From positions 3,618 through 67,617 of the forward strand of contig CAYWZQ010000009.1 in the NCBI GenBank assembly GCA_964462875.1: a stretch of 64,000 nt of DNA. Direction: 5' to 3'. This document shows positions 19,218 to 28,353 of the stretch, in pieces. The notes beneath the pieces were generated by a model that worked only from the letters and a program-made list of their open reading frames with translations, was not told where the DNA came from and ran no database searches. This stretch comes from an uncultured Nitrososphaerota archaeon. Lineage in GTDB: Archaea > Thermoproteota > Methanomethylicia > Culexarchaeales > Culexmicrobiaceae. Numbering within the stretch: the stretch's first letter is position 1; every line of letters starts with the position of its first letter. The translations under genes were made by a program, and so were the position numbers.

Positions 19218-20822
19218 ATGGAGTATGATATTCTCATAACTGGCGGGAGAATTATTGATGGAACGGGCAATCCATGGTTTAGAGCTGATATTGGAATTAA
19301 GAATGGCAAAATAGTTTCAATTGGTAAGTTAAGCGGAGAGGAAGCTAAAGAGGTAATTTCAGCTGAAAAATTAATCGTTTGCCCAGGATTTATAGATATA
19401 CATAGTCATTCGGACTTCACACTATTAGTAAATCCTAGAGCAGAAAGTAAGGTGAGGCAGGGAGTAACTACCGAGATCATCGGAAACTGCGGAAGTTCAG
19501 CTGCACCCATACTAGGTCAATTAAGAGATGAAATGAGCAGAGTAGCTGAAAGATATGGCATAAAAATAGATTGGACTTACATGGGCGAGTACCTGAGAAA
19601 GCTAGAGGAAAATGGAATAGCAGTTAATGTGGCAACATATGTTGGATTTGCAAATATAAGAGTAGCGGTCATGGGTTATGAAAATAGGGAGCCAAACAAA
19701 GAGGAACTTGAGGAAATGAAGAGCTTAGCTGCAAGGTCAATGGATGAGGGAGCAATTGGCCTCTCAACAGGTTTACGATATGATCCCCAATCTTATGCAA
19801 AAACCAGTGAAATAATTGAGATAGCAAAAGTAGTGGCGGAGAAGGGAGGAATATATGCTTCACATATTAGAGATGAGGGAGATAGAGGACTACTACTTGA
19901 AGCTATTAAAGAAGCTATTGAAATAGGTGAAAAAGCAAACATACCGGTTCAAATCTCTCATCTTAAAATACTGGCAAAACCATTATGGGATAAGTGTGAT
20001 GAAATGCTGAGAATAATTGAAGAAGCCAGGGAGCGAGGCATCGACGTCACAGCAGATCAATATCCGTACAATGCCAGCGGAACCTCCTTATTGGCATGGA
20101 TACCGAAATGGGCCCATGAAGGAGGAAGAGAAAAACTGCTTGAGAGGCTGGAGAATAAGGAGATGAGAGCTAAAATTAAAGAGGAATTGGTGAGAGTAAT
20201 GGAACTACGTGGAGGGCCGGAAAGAGCCCTAATATCACGCTTTGAGGCCGATCCAGCACTAGAAGGATTAACAGTAAAGCAAGTGGCAGATAAGTGGAAA
20301 ACTTCACCAGATGAAGCTGCAATGAGACTGGTGGAAATTGCAGTTAAGAGAGAATCATCATTAGGAATCATAAACTTCAATCAATCAGAAGAAAACATAG
20401 TCAAGATAATGAAAAAGCCATGGGTCATGATTTCAACGGATGGATATGCATTAGCACCATATGGTATTCTAAGCAAGGGAGTACCGCATCCAAGAAGCTA
20501 TGGAACATACCCGAGAGTTCTAAGCAAATATGTGAGAAAAGAAAAAATATTAACTTTGGAAGAAGCAATTAGAAAAATGACTTCCCTACCAGCAAGTAAG
20601 CTGAGATTTTTCGATAGAGGAATCATTAGACCTGGATTCTGGGCAGATATCGTAATATTTGATCCCAAAAAAGTAGTGGACAAAGCAGATTACATGAACC
20701 CAAAGCAGTATCCTGAAGGCATAAAGTATGTTATTGTAAATGGAGTAATAGTAATTAGAGAAGGCGAACATACCGGAGAATTGCCTGGAAAAGTTCTTAG
20801 AAGAAAAAGAGAAGAGACATAA
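19218..20822 (+). CDS. N-acyl-D-amino-acid deacylase (D-aminoacylase) family amidohydrolase
   Basis: 'DILITGGRIIDGTGNPWFRADIGIKNGKIVSIG', 'GFIDIHSHSD' and a ~530 aa length match the D-aminoacylase architecture. Confidence 0.8.
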   Translation: MEYDILITGGRIIDGTGNPWFRADIGIKNGKIVSIGKLSGEEAKEVISAEKLIVCPGFIDIHSHSDFTLLVNPRAESKVRQGVTTEIIGNCGSSAAPILGQLRDEMSRVAERYGIKIDWTYMGEYLRKLEENGIAVNVATYVGFANIRVAVMGYENREPNKEELEEMKSLAARSMDEGAIGLSTGLRYDPQSYAKTSEIIEIAKVVAEKGGIYASHIRDEGDRGLLLEAIKEAIEIGEKANIPVQISHLKILAKPLWDKCDEMLRIIEEARERGIDVTADQYPYNASGTSLLAWIPKWAHEGGREKLLERLENKEMRAKIKEELVRVMELRGGPERALISRFEADPALEGLTVKQVADKWKTSPDEAAMRLVEIAVKRESSLGIINFNQSEENIVKIMKKPWVMISTDGYALAPYGILSKGVPHPRSYGTYPRVLSKYVRKEKILTLEEAIRKMTSLPASKLRFFDRGIIRPGFWADIVIFDPKKVVDKADYMNPKQYPEGIKYVIVNGVIVIREGEHTGELPGKVLRRKREET

Positions 20823-20831
20823 CTCAACTAT

Positions 20832-22853
20832 TTATTTTTTCAAGTATTCATCCAACCACTTCACTATATGCTTTAATCTCTCAATCCTATGCTTGGGCTT
20901 ACCAGTTCTCGATAGATCATGATTCTCCTTGGGTATTAATACTAATCGCACTTCCTTTCCAAGCCATTTTAATGCCGTAAAGAATTGCAGTGCCTGCTCA
21001 TAATAACACCTTAAATCTTCAATGCTATGAATAATCAGCAGAGGAGTTGATGCATGCTCGGCATAAGTTATTGGAGACTTCTCAATCATCTTCATAATAT
21101 TTTCCCTCGTCAATGGCCTTTCCTTCAAGTCTCCGAGTATATGATCAAGCGTAAACCAGTAGCCTATATCGCTCACACCATAAAAGCTAAACCAGTTTGA
21201 AATACCCCGCATACTTATCGCTGCTCTAAATTTATCTGTATGCGTCACTATCCAATTTACCATAAATCCACCATAGGATCCACCTGCAACTCCAATTCTA
21301 TCTTCATCAATGAAATCATAGGTCTTTAATACGTATTCAAGTCCCTCCATCAAATCTTGGTAGTCTCTCTCACCATAGCGACCGCGTATGTCTGCAAATT
21401 CCTCACTATAACCATCACTCCCCCTAGGATTCATATAAATGAGCACGTATCCCTTGGCGGCTATCAAGTGAAATTCATGTATAAATGAATAGCCATAGGC
21501 AGTTTTGGGGCCTCCATGAATGTATAATAGCGCAGGATTTTTTGCCTCACACTTCGGTGGCTTCAAAATCCATCCATCTATTTCAACTCCATCGCTAGCC
21601 TTAAATTTAAACCTCATAGGCTTGGATAATTCAATTTCAGCAAGTAGATTAGTATTGAAACTGGTAATTTTTCGCTCGCCACTTTCTTCATCCCAAACAT
21701 ATAGTTCTGGCGGCTCGATTGCAGTCATCGAAGTATATGCCAAGAAGTGCTTACCATTAACTTCAACGCCGGAGAATGCCTCAATGCTTCGCTCACCGCT
21801 TGTCACAACTTCAATTTCCCTTGAATCAAACTTCATTCTATATAAGTTAACTGAACCTCCACTGTGAATTACGAAGTAAATGTAGTTTCCAATCCATATT
21901 GGACCATGCTCTCTACCAGGACCCCTAACATCGCTATTAAGAGTATTCAGGGTATTCCTGTCAATATTAGCAGTTAAGTCCGTTAATTCGCCACCATTTG
22001 ATGAAACCACATATATGTGGCGATGAGATATCGTTCCCCTTCTAAAATCATGGCCTCTGAAAACTAGGTACTTATCGTCTGGACTCCATGAGACATGATC
22101 AATGCTCATATTCGACTTTGTTAATTTCAAGTGCTCTTGAGTTTTAAAGTCATAAATGAATAAGTCAGTTATGAATGGCTTTGAATCATCCAGTTTAGCT
22201 ATATAAGCCACTTTACTACCATCATGACTGACGGAAATATAGTTCACATCTAAGTCACCCTTAGTTAACTGTACAAGTTCTCCAGTGAGAGCATTTACTA
22301 AGTACATGTGCTGCCTTAATGAGTGAATGAAACCCTTTCCATTGAACCAGTAAAGAAGCCTCTCAATCACCTTAACATCTTCTTGAATTTCACCTTCACT
22401 AGTCAATAACACCATTTCCTTTTCATTGGGAAGCCACTCCACTTGCGTAATTGGGTTCTTTACCTTAACAACTAATCGCGGCTCTCCACCTTCAATTCTT
22501 GAAATCCAAAGCTCACTGCCCCGCTCCTCTTTCTTCAATGTCCTACGCGATGTAAACGCAATATATTTTCCCGATGAACTCCATCTAGGACTGACATCCT
22601 TTGGCCCGTTAGTTAAACTGTACACTTCATTTTTATTTAAATCAGCAATCCACACTCGATTAACATATTCATCGGCCTCCAAATCCATTTTAGAAGCCAC
22701 GAAAGCTATCTTGTCACCTTTAGGGGAAATTCGTGGATCTGAAACCATAACTATTTTAGCTAGATCTTCAAAATCCATCGGGCGAGACATGGCTATCATT
22801 AAAGAGTAAGTGTTGGGAGCATTTATAGGTTTATGTAATTCCTTGAAATGCAC
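20832..22853 (-). CDS. S9 family acylaminoacyl-peptidase / prolyl oligopeptidase (beta-propeller plus alpha/beta hydrolase)
   Basis: Catalytic 'GGSYGGFM' with Asp/His downstream ('ENHDL'), and an N-terminal propeller. The true start may be at the internal 'MSRPMDFEDL'. Confidence 0.85.
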   Translation of the reverse strand: MHFKELHKPINAPNTYSLMIAMSRPMDFEDLAKIVMVSDPRISPKGDKIAFVASKMDLEADEYVNRVWIADLNKNEVYSLTNGPKDVSPRWSSSGKYIAFTSRRTLKKEERGSELWISRIEGGEPRLVVKVKNPITQVEWLPNEKEMVLLTSEGEIQEDVKVIERLLYWFNGKGFIHSLRQHMYLVNALTGELVQLTKGDLDVNYISVSHDGSKVAYIAKLDDSKPFITDLFIYDFKTQEHLKLTKSNMSIDHVSWSPDDKYLVFRGHDFRRGTISHRHIYVVSSNGGELTDLTANIDRNTLNTLNSDVRGPGREHGPIWIGNYIYFVIHSGGSVNLYRMKFDSREIEVVTSGERSIEAFSGVEVNGKHFLAYTSMTAIEPPELYVWDEESGERKITSFNTNLLAEIELSKPMRFKFKASDGVEIDGWILKPPKCEAKNPALLYIHGGPKTAYGYSFIHEFHLIAAKGYVLIYMNPRGSDGYSEEFADIRGRYGERDYQDLMEGLEYVLKTYDFIDEDRIGVAGGSYGGFMVNWIVTHTDKFRAAISMRGISNWFSFYGVSDIGYWFTLDHILGDLKERPLTRENIMKMIEKSPITYAEHASTPLLIIHSIEDLRCYYEQALQFFTALKWLGKEVRLVLIPKENHDLSRTGKPKHRIERLKHIVKWLDEYLKK

Positions 22854-22932
22854 AACATCGATTATGGAACATCACTGAAAATTTGACGGTCATTGTTAAG
22901 TAACTTAGAATATATTAAATTAGGCGTTAATG

Positions 22933-23037
22933 ATCATATAGTAGTGATTGAGATGGCTAATGGGATATGCTCAGCAGGGTGTGTAGTCATCATAGATCAG
23001 ATACTGGCGGCCTCATCATCATAATGTAGTGACTGAG
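22933..23037. repeat. Imperfect 20-bp direct repeat in a 232-bp divergent intergenic region: ATCATATAGTAGTGATTGAG and ATCATAATGTAGTGACTGAG
   Basis: 17 of 20 positions identical, about 85 bp apart. A related 'GTAGTCATCATAGATCAG' lies between them. Confidence 0.4.
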
Positions 23038-23085
23038 TAAATAGACTTAAATTTATCTTTAAACCTAAGTCAAAATAGCTCGGCA

Positions 23086-23928
23086 ATGAAGCTGATAGGT
23101 AAAGCCATTAAAACCAAGTACTGGCTACCAGGAGAAGATTTTGAAAAATACATTGTCGCTGTAGCAGAAAGAGTCGCCGAAAACGGAGATATAATAGTTA
23201 TTTCGGAGAAAGCAATATCAGTTGCACTCGGCAATTTGATAGATGAATCTCAAATTAAACCATCCAAGTTTTCGATGATAATAACTTATATACTCATGAG
23301 AATTCTATGGGCTTGGATCCTTGGACCCCTTTGCAGATTCAAGTTAAAAACCATAAATTTCCTAAGGACCTACCCCATTAAAGAGGGAGCTGCACATAAG
23401 CAAATATGCCTTAAAATTGCAGGTCCAATGCAGGCGTTAAAGCATTACTCCGAAGGAGGAATAGATCTAACCAATGTTCCATACAGCTATGCATGTCTTC
23501 CACTTAAAGAAGCTCAAAAAATAGCCGACCAAATAAGAAGGAGAGTTAAAGAGGAAACTGGCAAGAATATTGGAATACTAATTGTTGACAGCGATAAGTC
23601 GTATTCATTTAGGAGGTTGCACATAACATCTAGACCGAACGCTATTAAGGGGATAAAGCCGTTTATGGGAATACTAGCATTCTTGATAGGAAGAGCACTA
23701 AGATGGAAAATTAGGGCAACACCAATAGCAGCTTCAGGAGTTAATTTGACAGTTGATGAAATACTAGATATAGCCGACTTCGCGGATAAGGTTAGGGGGA
23801 GTGGGGCAGGTCCTACTGCATGGGAGATAGCTGAAAGATTTGGCGTTGGGCCAGATGAAGTTACTTGGAAAATGCTTCTATCAGTAAAGCATAAACCAAT
23901 AGTGGTTGTAAGAATATTGCGAAAATGA
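23086..23928 (+). CDS. CofE-like protein (F420-0:gamma-glutamyl ligase family)
   Basis: 'GEDFEKYIVAVAERVAENGDIIVISEKAISVALG', 'GGIDLTNVPY', 'LPLKEAQKIADQIRRRVKEETGKNIGILIVDSDKSYSFRR' line up with the CofE signature blocks. It has an unusual hydrophobic insert, 'MIITYILMRILWAWILGPL'. Confidence 0.55.
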   Translation: MKLIGKAIKTKYWLPGEDFEKYIVAVAERVAENGDIIVISEKAISVALGNLIDESQIKPSKFSMIITYILMRILWAWILGPLCRFKLKTINFLRTYPIKEGAAHKQICLKIAGPMQALKHYSEGGIDLTNVPYSYACLPLKEAQKIADQIRRRVKEETGKNIGILIVDSDKSYSFRRLHITSRPNAIKGIKPFMGILAFLIGRALRWKIRATPIAASGVNLTVDEILDIADFADKVRGSGAGPTAWEIAERFGVGPDEVTWKMLLSVKHKPIVVVRILRK

Positions 23929-24905
23929 GTATGAAAATAGAACACCTTGTAGAGGAGGAATTGAGGAGAGACGAGAACCTGCTTAGAATACTTAAAGAGA
24001 CCCCTGCAGTTGTTGGAGAATTTAGCAATAGAAATCTTTGGGAAAGCTCTCTCAAGCTAATAATCATTTTCAGTGGGGACTATGGGTTAAGAGTATTAGA
24101 AAACATGCTTAATAGTACTGGTCACTGCATTAGCTGCGGTCATTTATGCATTGATAAGCAATGTAAATATGGAAAGTACAGCTTTGCAGACAACATAGTC
24201 GCAGTATATGAAGTACCTCCGCCTAATGAGCTACCTGAAGTAATTGATGATCCACTCAAATACTTGCCAAGCAAGCTTCCAAAAGCTGACTTAGCTTTAG
24301 CTACAGGGCTTCATAGCGATCTATACTTAGAGCTGCCGGAAATCTTGCAGAAAAGCAACATTGATGCACTCATAGTTTTCCGTGAAGATCCGAGAGATGC
24401 ACCTAGAGGGTTGGTTTCAGAGTTGAGAGATAAATGCAGTGAATATGGAATAGAATTTGAAGCACCAAAACCCTCATGCACTCTCAGACCGAGTAATAAG
24501 CAAGTGATAGACAGATTCATAAGAGAATTCAGAATGGGAAAACCACTGCTTAAACTTGACATAGCTGAGATTGGAAATTTAAGGAAAATAACATCTGTGA
24601 AAGTTTATGTGTCAGCTCCATGCGGAACAACATGGTATGTTGCGAGACAAATGCTAAATTATGAAATTAGCTCACTTAATGAGATAGAGCTCAGAAAAAT
24701 GTATGACTTCATAGCATTACACCACCACGCCGCTCCATGTATTGGTTCAATGAGCTATGACCCTGAACTTGGAGATACAATTCTTCACTGGGGTTCATAT
24801 ATTGAGAGAGAAGCATATTTGAGAGCTTTAGGGTTAATTGATGAGCTTAGAAAAACTGTTCAAGAGAGACTTAGGAGGAAAGTGCCATGCACTATTCTAC
24901 AGTGA
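23925..24905 (+). CDS. Conserved Cys-rich protein of unknown function, first of two tandem paralogs (possibly the DUF166/COG1810-like archaeal family)
   Basis: 'IIIFSGDYGLRVLENMLNSTGHCISCGHLCIDKQCKYGKY' and 'ISAPCGTTWYVARQML'. Overlaps the cofE-like stop, which indicates translational coupling. Confidence 0.6.
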   Translation: MSMKIEHLVEEELRRDENLLRILKETPAVVGEFSNRNLWESSLKLIIIFSGDYGLRVLENMLNSTGHCISCGHLCIDKQCKYGKYSFADNIVAVYEVPPPNELPEVIDDPLKYLPSKLPKADLALATGLHSDLYLELPEILQKSNIDALIVFREDPRDAPRGLVSELRDKCSEYGIEFEAPKPSCTLRPSNKQVIDRFIREFRMGKPLLKLDIAEIGNLRKITSVKVYVSAPCGTTWYVARQMLNYEISSLNEIELRKMYDFIALHHHAAPCIGSMSYDPELGDTILHWGSYIEREAYLRALGLIDELRKTVQERLRRKVPCTILQ

Positions 24906-25828
24906 GAAGTGAAGAAGAGGGAATTCAAGAGTTAATGAAGTTACCGGGCATTTCAGTTGGAAGAGAGAGTAACGAGGTTTTAAGGAGTAATATGAAGATT
25001 TGCTTAATAATCTCCAATGATTATGGAGAGAAAATAGTCGAGAATTTAATGAATAGAAGGGGACACTGCAATATATGCTTAGAAAAGTGTATTGGAAAGC
25101 TCTGCAAGTATGGTAAATACGACTTCACACACAATATTCACATAATTAGGGTACCGAGTATTCATGAGTTACCCGAAGTATTGGATGAGCCAGAGAAAAT
25201 ATTGGAGAATAAAATACCTGAGGTAGATCTAGTTATAGCAATGGGTATTCATAATGATTTGTATTTAGCTTTGCCAGAAATTCTCCATAAAAAGGGGATT
25301 AGAGCCCTCATAATCTTCAGAGGGAGCCCATTAGATGCACCTCCAGGAGTTGTAAGGGAAGTCATAGAGCAATGCAATGAGTTTAAAATAGAAGTTGAAA
25401 CTGTGAAGCCACCATGCCTTCTGACACCCAAGAAAAGCAAACCAGTCATAAGCAAATTCATTAAAGAATTCAGAATTGGATATCCAGTACTGGAAGTTAA
25501 AGTAGTGAAGATGGGAAGTAGAGCTAAAATTGAAGGAATTGAAGTGAAGACATCGACACCATGTGGTGCTACTTGGTATATTGCGAGAATGATGCTAGGT
25601 TATGAAGTTAATTTAGAGGACGAGAAGTCCGTAATGGAGATGTGCAGATACGTCGCATCATTACTTCAATCATATTGCATTGCATCATCAGCGTGCGATT
25701 ACGAGTTAGGCGACACGGTGATTCACTGGGCAACCTACATTAGCATAGAATCCTATTTGAGAGCTTTAAACTTGAAAAAGGAATTGAAATATTTTGTTAA
25801 AGAAAGAATTAGGAGAAAAATTACTTGA
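24887..25828 (+). CDS. Conserved Cys-rich protein of unknown function, second tandem paralog
   Basis: Collinear with 23925..24905: 'ICLIISNDYGEKIVENLMNRRGHCNICLEKCIGKLCKYGKY' and 'TSTPCGATWYIARMML'. Confidence 0.6.
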   Translation: MHYSTVRSEEEGIQELMKLPGISVGRESNEVLRSNMKICLIISNDYGEKIVENLMNRRGHCNICLEKCIGKLCKYGKYDFTHNIHIIRVPSIHELPEVLDEPEKILENKIPEVDLVIAMGIHNDLYLALPEILHKKGIRALIIFRGSPLDAPPGVVREVIEQCNEFKIEVETVKPPCLLTPKKSKPVISKFIKEFRIGYPVLEVKVVKMGSRAKIEGIEVKTSTPCGATWYIARMMLGYEVNLEDEKSVMEMCRYVASLLQSYCIASSACDYELGDTVIHWATYISIESYLRALNLKKELKYFVKERIRRKIT

Positions 25829-26813
25829 ATATTGGGATCACTCTTCTACTAAATAGGTCTATTGACTTCCTAACATTTGGACCTATAGGTGACCCTGCAA
25901 CTATCTGCGTTACACCTATTCTGGCTAACTCCTCTATCCTCTTAATGCACATGTCTGGTGTTCCCGTTATTGAGAAGGCATCTATCATCTTCTTGGTAAC
26001 CATTGAAAACGCATCTTTCCATCTAGCTTCGCTCAGTGCTTTCTTAATTTCATTTGCCTCACTAACACTTATTCCATGCCTTTCAAGTATGAACTCTGGA
26101 CTTCCAGCGACAATGAATGCTACAACTCTTGAAGCGGCTTTCATCGCTCTATCCAGATCATCATCTATTGATAGTGAAGTGTATGCGGCAATTTCAATTT
26201 CTTCAATTGACTTGCCAGCTGCCTTAACTCCCTTCTCAATATGCTTCATTGCCTCCTGTATGTCTTTGGGATGTGAAGCGTTTATTAAAACGCCATCACC
26301 ATACTTTGCAGCTATTCTAAGCATTTGAGGCCCTTGAGCTCCAATGTAGATTGGTATTTTACCTGCAACTTTGAAGTTAAATCTTGCCTTCGGAATTCTA
26401 AATACTTTGCCCTCAAATTCAACACTACCCTTCTCAAATAACTGCCTAGCTATCAAGACACATTCCTTCACAGCAGCCACCGGCAACTTCATTTCCACAC
26501 CTAAACTTTCCAATGTAGTCTTGTCTCCTGGACCGACTCCGAGTATTACTCTATTGGGAGCAATTTCACTTAATGAAGCCACTGCTTGAGATGTCATTAC
26601 TGGATTCACGAGGTATGGGTTTGTTACACCTATTCCCAACCTGATTTTGCTTGTGTGTAGAGCTATTGATGTGAGCGTAACGTATACATTTCTATTATTA
26701 TAGTGGTCTGTAACCCATATGTTTTCAAAGCCTCTTTTCTCTGCTTGTATTGCATAAAATGTTGTTTTCCAGAAGGGTTCATAAGGTACGAATTCAATGC
26801 CAAACTTAACCAT
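25821..26813 (-). CDS. mer: F420-dependent 5,10-methylenetetrahydromethanopterin reductase
   Basis: 'KFGIEFVPYEP', 'WVTDHYNNRNVY', 'GVTNPY', 'LGVGPGDKTT', 'IPIYIGAQGPQML', 'INASHPKD' and 'GVTQIVAGSPIGP' align block for block with Mer. Confidence 0.85.
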   Translation of the reverse strand: MVKFGIEFVPYEPFWKTTFYAIQAEKRGFENIWVTDHYNNRNVYVTLTSIALHTSKIRLGIGVTNPYLVNPVMTSQAVASLSEIAPNRVILGVGPGDKTTLESLGVEMKLPVAAVKECVLIARQLFEKGSVEFEGKVFRIPKARFNFKVAGKIPIYIGAQGPQMLRIAAKYGDGVLINASHPKDIQEAMKHIEKGVKAAGKSIEEIEIAAYTSLSIDDDLDRAMKAASRVVAFIVAGSPEFILERHGISVSEANEIKKALSEARWKDAFSMVTKKMIDAFSITGTPDMCIKRIEELARIGVTQIVAGSPIGPNVRKSIDLFSRRVIPIFK

Positions 26814-26819
26814 GAATCA

Positions 26820-27095
26820 TCAACCCCCAATTAGCTCAGCTAATTTAGAAAATTCTAATTCATTTAACTTGCTAGCAGCTTTCTCCGGTTCAATTTTCTT
26901 CGCAATATTAAGGAGGAACTCCAACCCATTAATGGTTGTAAACTTATCCTCCTGCCATAATCTTAGAAATGTTTTCGCCTCCTCGCTATCTATTTCATGG
27001 GACTTTTTTGATGATAGTATAACGTCTATTAAGGCTAAAGCAGCTTTGCGCCTACTACTCTTCGTCATTTCTCTAATTACATCTTTGATAACCAT
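26820..27095 (-). CDS. Small hypothetical hydrophilic protein upstream of mer
   Basis: 91-aa ORF with charged, helical-looking composition. Its stop is 6 nt before the mer start. Confidence 0.35.
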   Translation of the reverse strand: MVIKDVIREMTKSSRRKAALALIDVILSSKKSHEIDSEEAKTFLRLWQEDKFTTINGLEFLLNIAKKIEPEKAASKLNELEFSKLAELIGG

Positions 27096-27186
27096 TTACG
27101 AAACCCCCTAGAGAATTGATTTATACTGCTTAAATAGATAACTAAAGGGAAGCTTTGATTGCTATGTAATGGCGGGTTGAATTAAA

Positions 27187-27996
27187 TTGAAAATAGCTAT
27201 AACTGGCAAGGGTGGAGTTGGGAAAACAACAATTGCAGGTACACTTGCGAGGTTATTTGGTAGAACAGGCTTTAAAGTTATAGCTGTTGATGCAGATCCT
27301 AACACTAATCTAGCTTACACGCTTGGACTATCACATAGTATTGCATCTAAAATTCAGCCTCTAGCAGTTAATAGGAGACTTCTAAAAGAGCGTATGGAAG
27401 TTTATCCAGGAAGCCTTGATCAGGGATTCTTTAAGCTTTACCCTAAGGTTGATGACATAGTTGATACTTATGGTGTCAAGTGCCCGGATAACGTTACGCT
27501 CTTAGTTATGGGTACAGTTAGAGATGGAGGAACGGGATGTCTATGTCCAGCTCATGCACTTATGCGTGCAATATTAAGACACTTAATTTTAAAGACAAAC
27601 GAAATAGTAATTCTTGATATGGAAGCGGGGATAGAGCATTTAGCGAGAGGGACTGCGAGAGGTGTGGATTTAATGATAACTGTTGTCGAGCCGAATATGA
27701 AGGCAATAGATACTGCATGTAGAATTAAGAAGTTAGCATATGATATTGAAGTGAAGAGAGTTGCAGCAGTAGGTAATAAGGTTTCGTGTGAGGAAGAGAA
27801 GAGGTTTATTGAGGAAAGTTTAAAGTCAACTAAGCTTGAACTGCTCCAATTAATACCCTACGATGAACATGTAAAAATTGCCGATATGAAGAGAGCTTCA
27901 ATATTAGACTTGTACCCCAACTCACCGGTTGTAAAGGCAATTGAGGAATTGAGGAATAAGATAGTTGAAGTTATTTGGAGGAACCCTTCAACTTAA
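27187..27996 (+). CDS. cooC: CooC/AcsF-family nickel-insertion ATPase (CODH/ACS maturation factor)
   Basis: P-loop 'ITGKGGVGKTT', 'DADPNTNL' and the 'GCLCPAH' CxC metal motif typical of CooC. TTG start. Confidence 0.85.
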   Translation: MKIAITGKGGVGKTTIAGTLARLFGRTGFKVIAVDADPNTNLAYTLGLSHSIASKIQPLAVNRRLLKERMEVYPGSLDQGFFKLYPKVDDIVDTYGVKCPDNVTLLVMGTVRDGGTGCLCPAHALMRAILRHLILKTNEIVILDMEAGIEHLARGTARGVDLMITVVEPNMKAIDTACRIKKLAYDIEVKRVAAVGNKVSCEEEKRFIEESLKSTKLELLQLIPYDEHVKIADMKRASILDLYPNSPVVKAIEELRNKIVEVIWRNPST

Positions 27997-28321
27997 TCCA
28001 TAACTCCCTAACCATGTTCGATCCCATGGACTTAACTTCCTCCCATAAATGCTCAACCTCTTCACTGTATCTTCCACTCTTAATACACTCCTCATACTTA
28101 CTTAAGAAGCTGAACACAAGCCCTATCATAGGATGCTTGAAGAGCTGCAATTGCTCTTTCATAACATTAACTTCACGGATAATTGCTGATTCAACAACCT
28201 TCTCGTCACCTATAATATCTCTCAGAATAACGTTTCCATTACTGAACTTTGCGTATACAATGTCTGTCCCTACATCCTCAATTGAATCAATGCTCTTAGA
28301 TATCACCTTAAACTCGCACAT
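27971..28321 (-). CDS. CooT-like putative nickel-binding protein with a C-terminal extension
   Basis: If started at the internal 'MCEFKVISKSIDSIEDVGTDIVYAKFSNGNVILRDIIGDEKVV', it matches the CooT 'MC...KV' N-terminus with the conserved Cys2. It then carries ~55 extra C-terminal residues. The track ORF starts 4 codons earlier, at 28333. Confidence 0.45.
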   Translation of the reverse strand: MCEFKVISKSIDSIEDVGTDIVYAKFSNGNVILRDIIGDEKVVESAIIREVNVMKEQLQLFKHPMIGLVFSFLSKYEECIKSGRYSEEVEHLWEEVKSMGSNMVRELWIKLKGSSK

Positions 28322-28353
28322 GCAAATCACCAAAAATAGACACCATTCACCGC

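Noticed and set aside
22940-23010. Possible tRNA-like stretch 'GCTCAGCAGGGTG...' in the 22.9 kb intergenic region
   Set aside because: It has a D-arm-like word only. No T-loop (GTTCRAATC-like) and no acceptor-stem complementarity could be found.
26797-27111. 104-aa plus-strand ORF in the mer-cooC intergenic region
   Set aside because: It overlaps the more protein-like minus-strand 91-aa ORF. It has hydrophobic low-complexity composition and no start context. The minus-strand ORF was kept instead, with low confidence.
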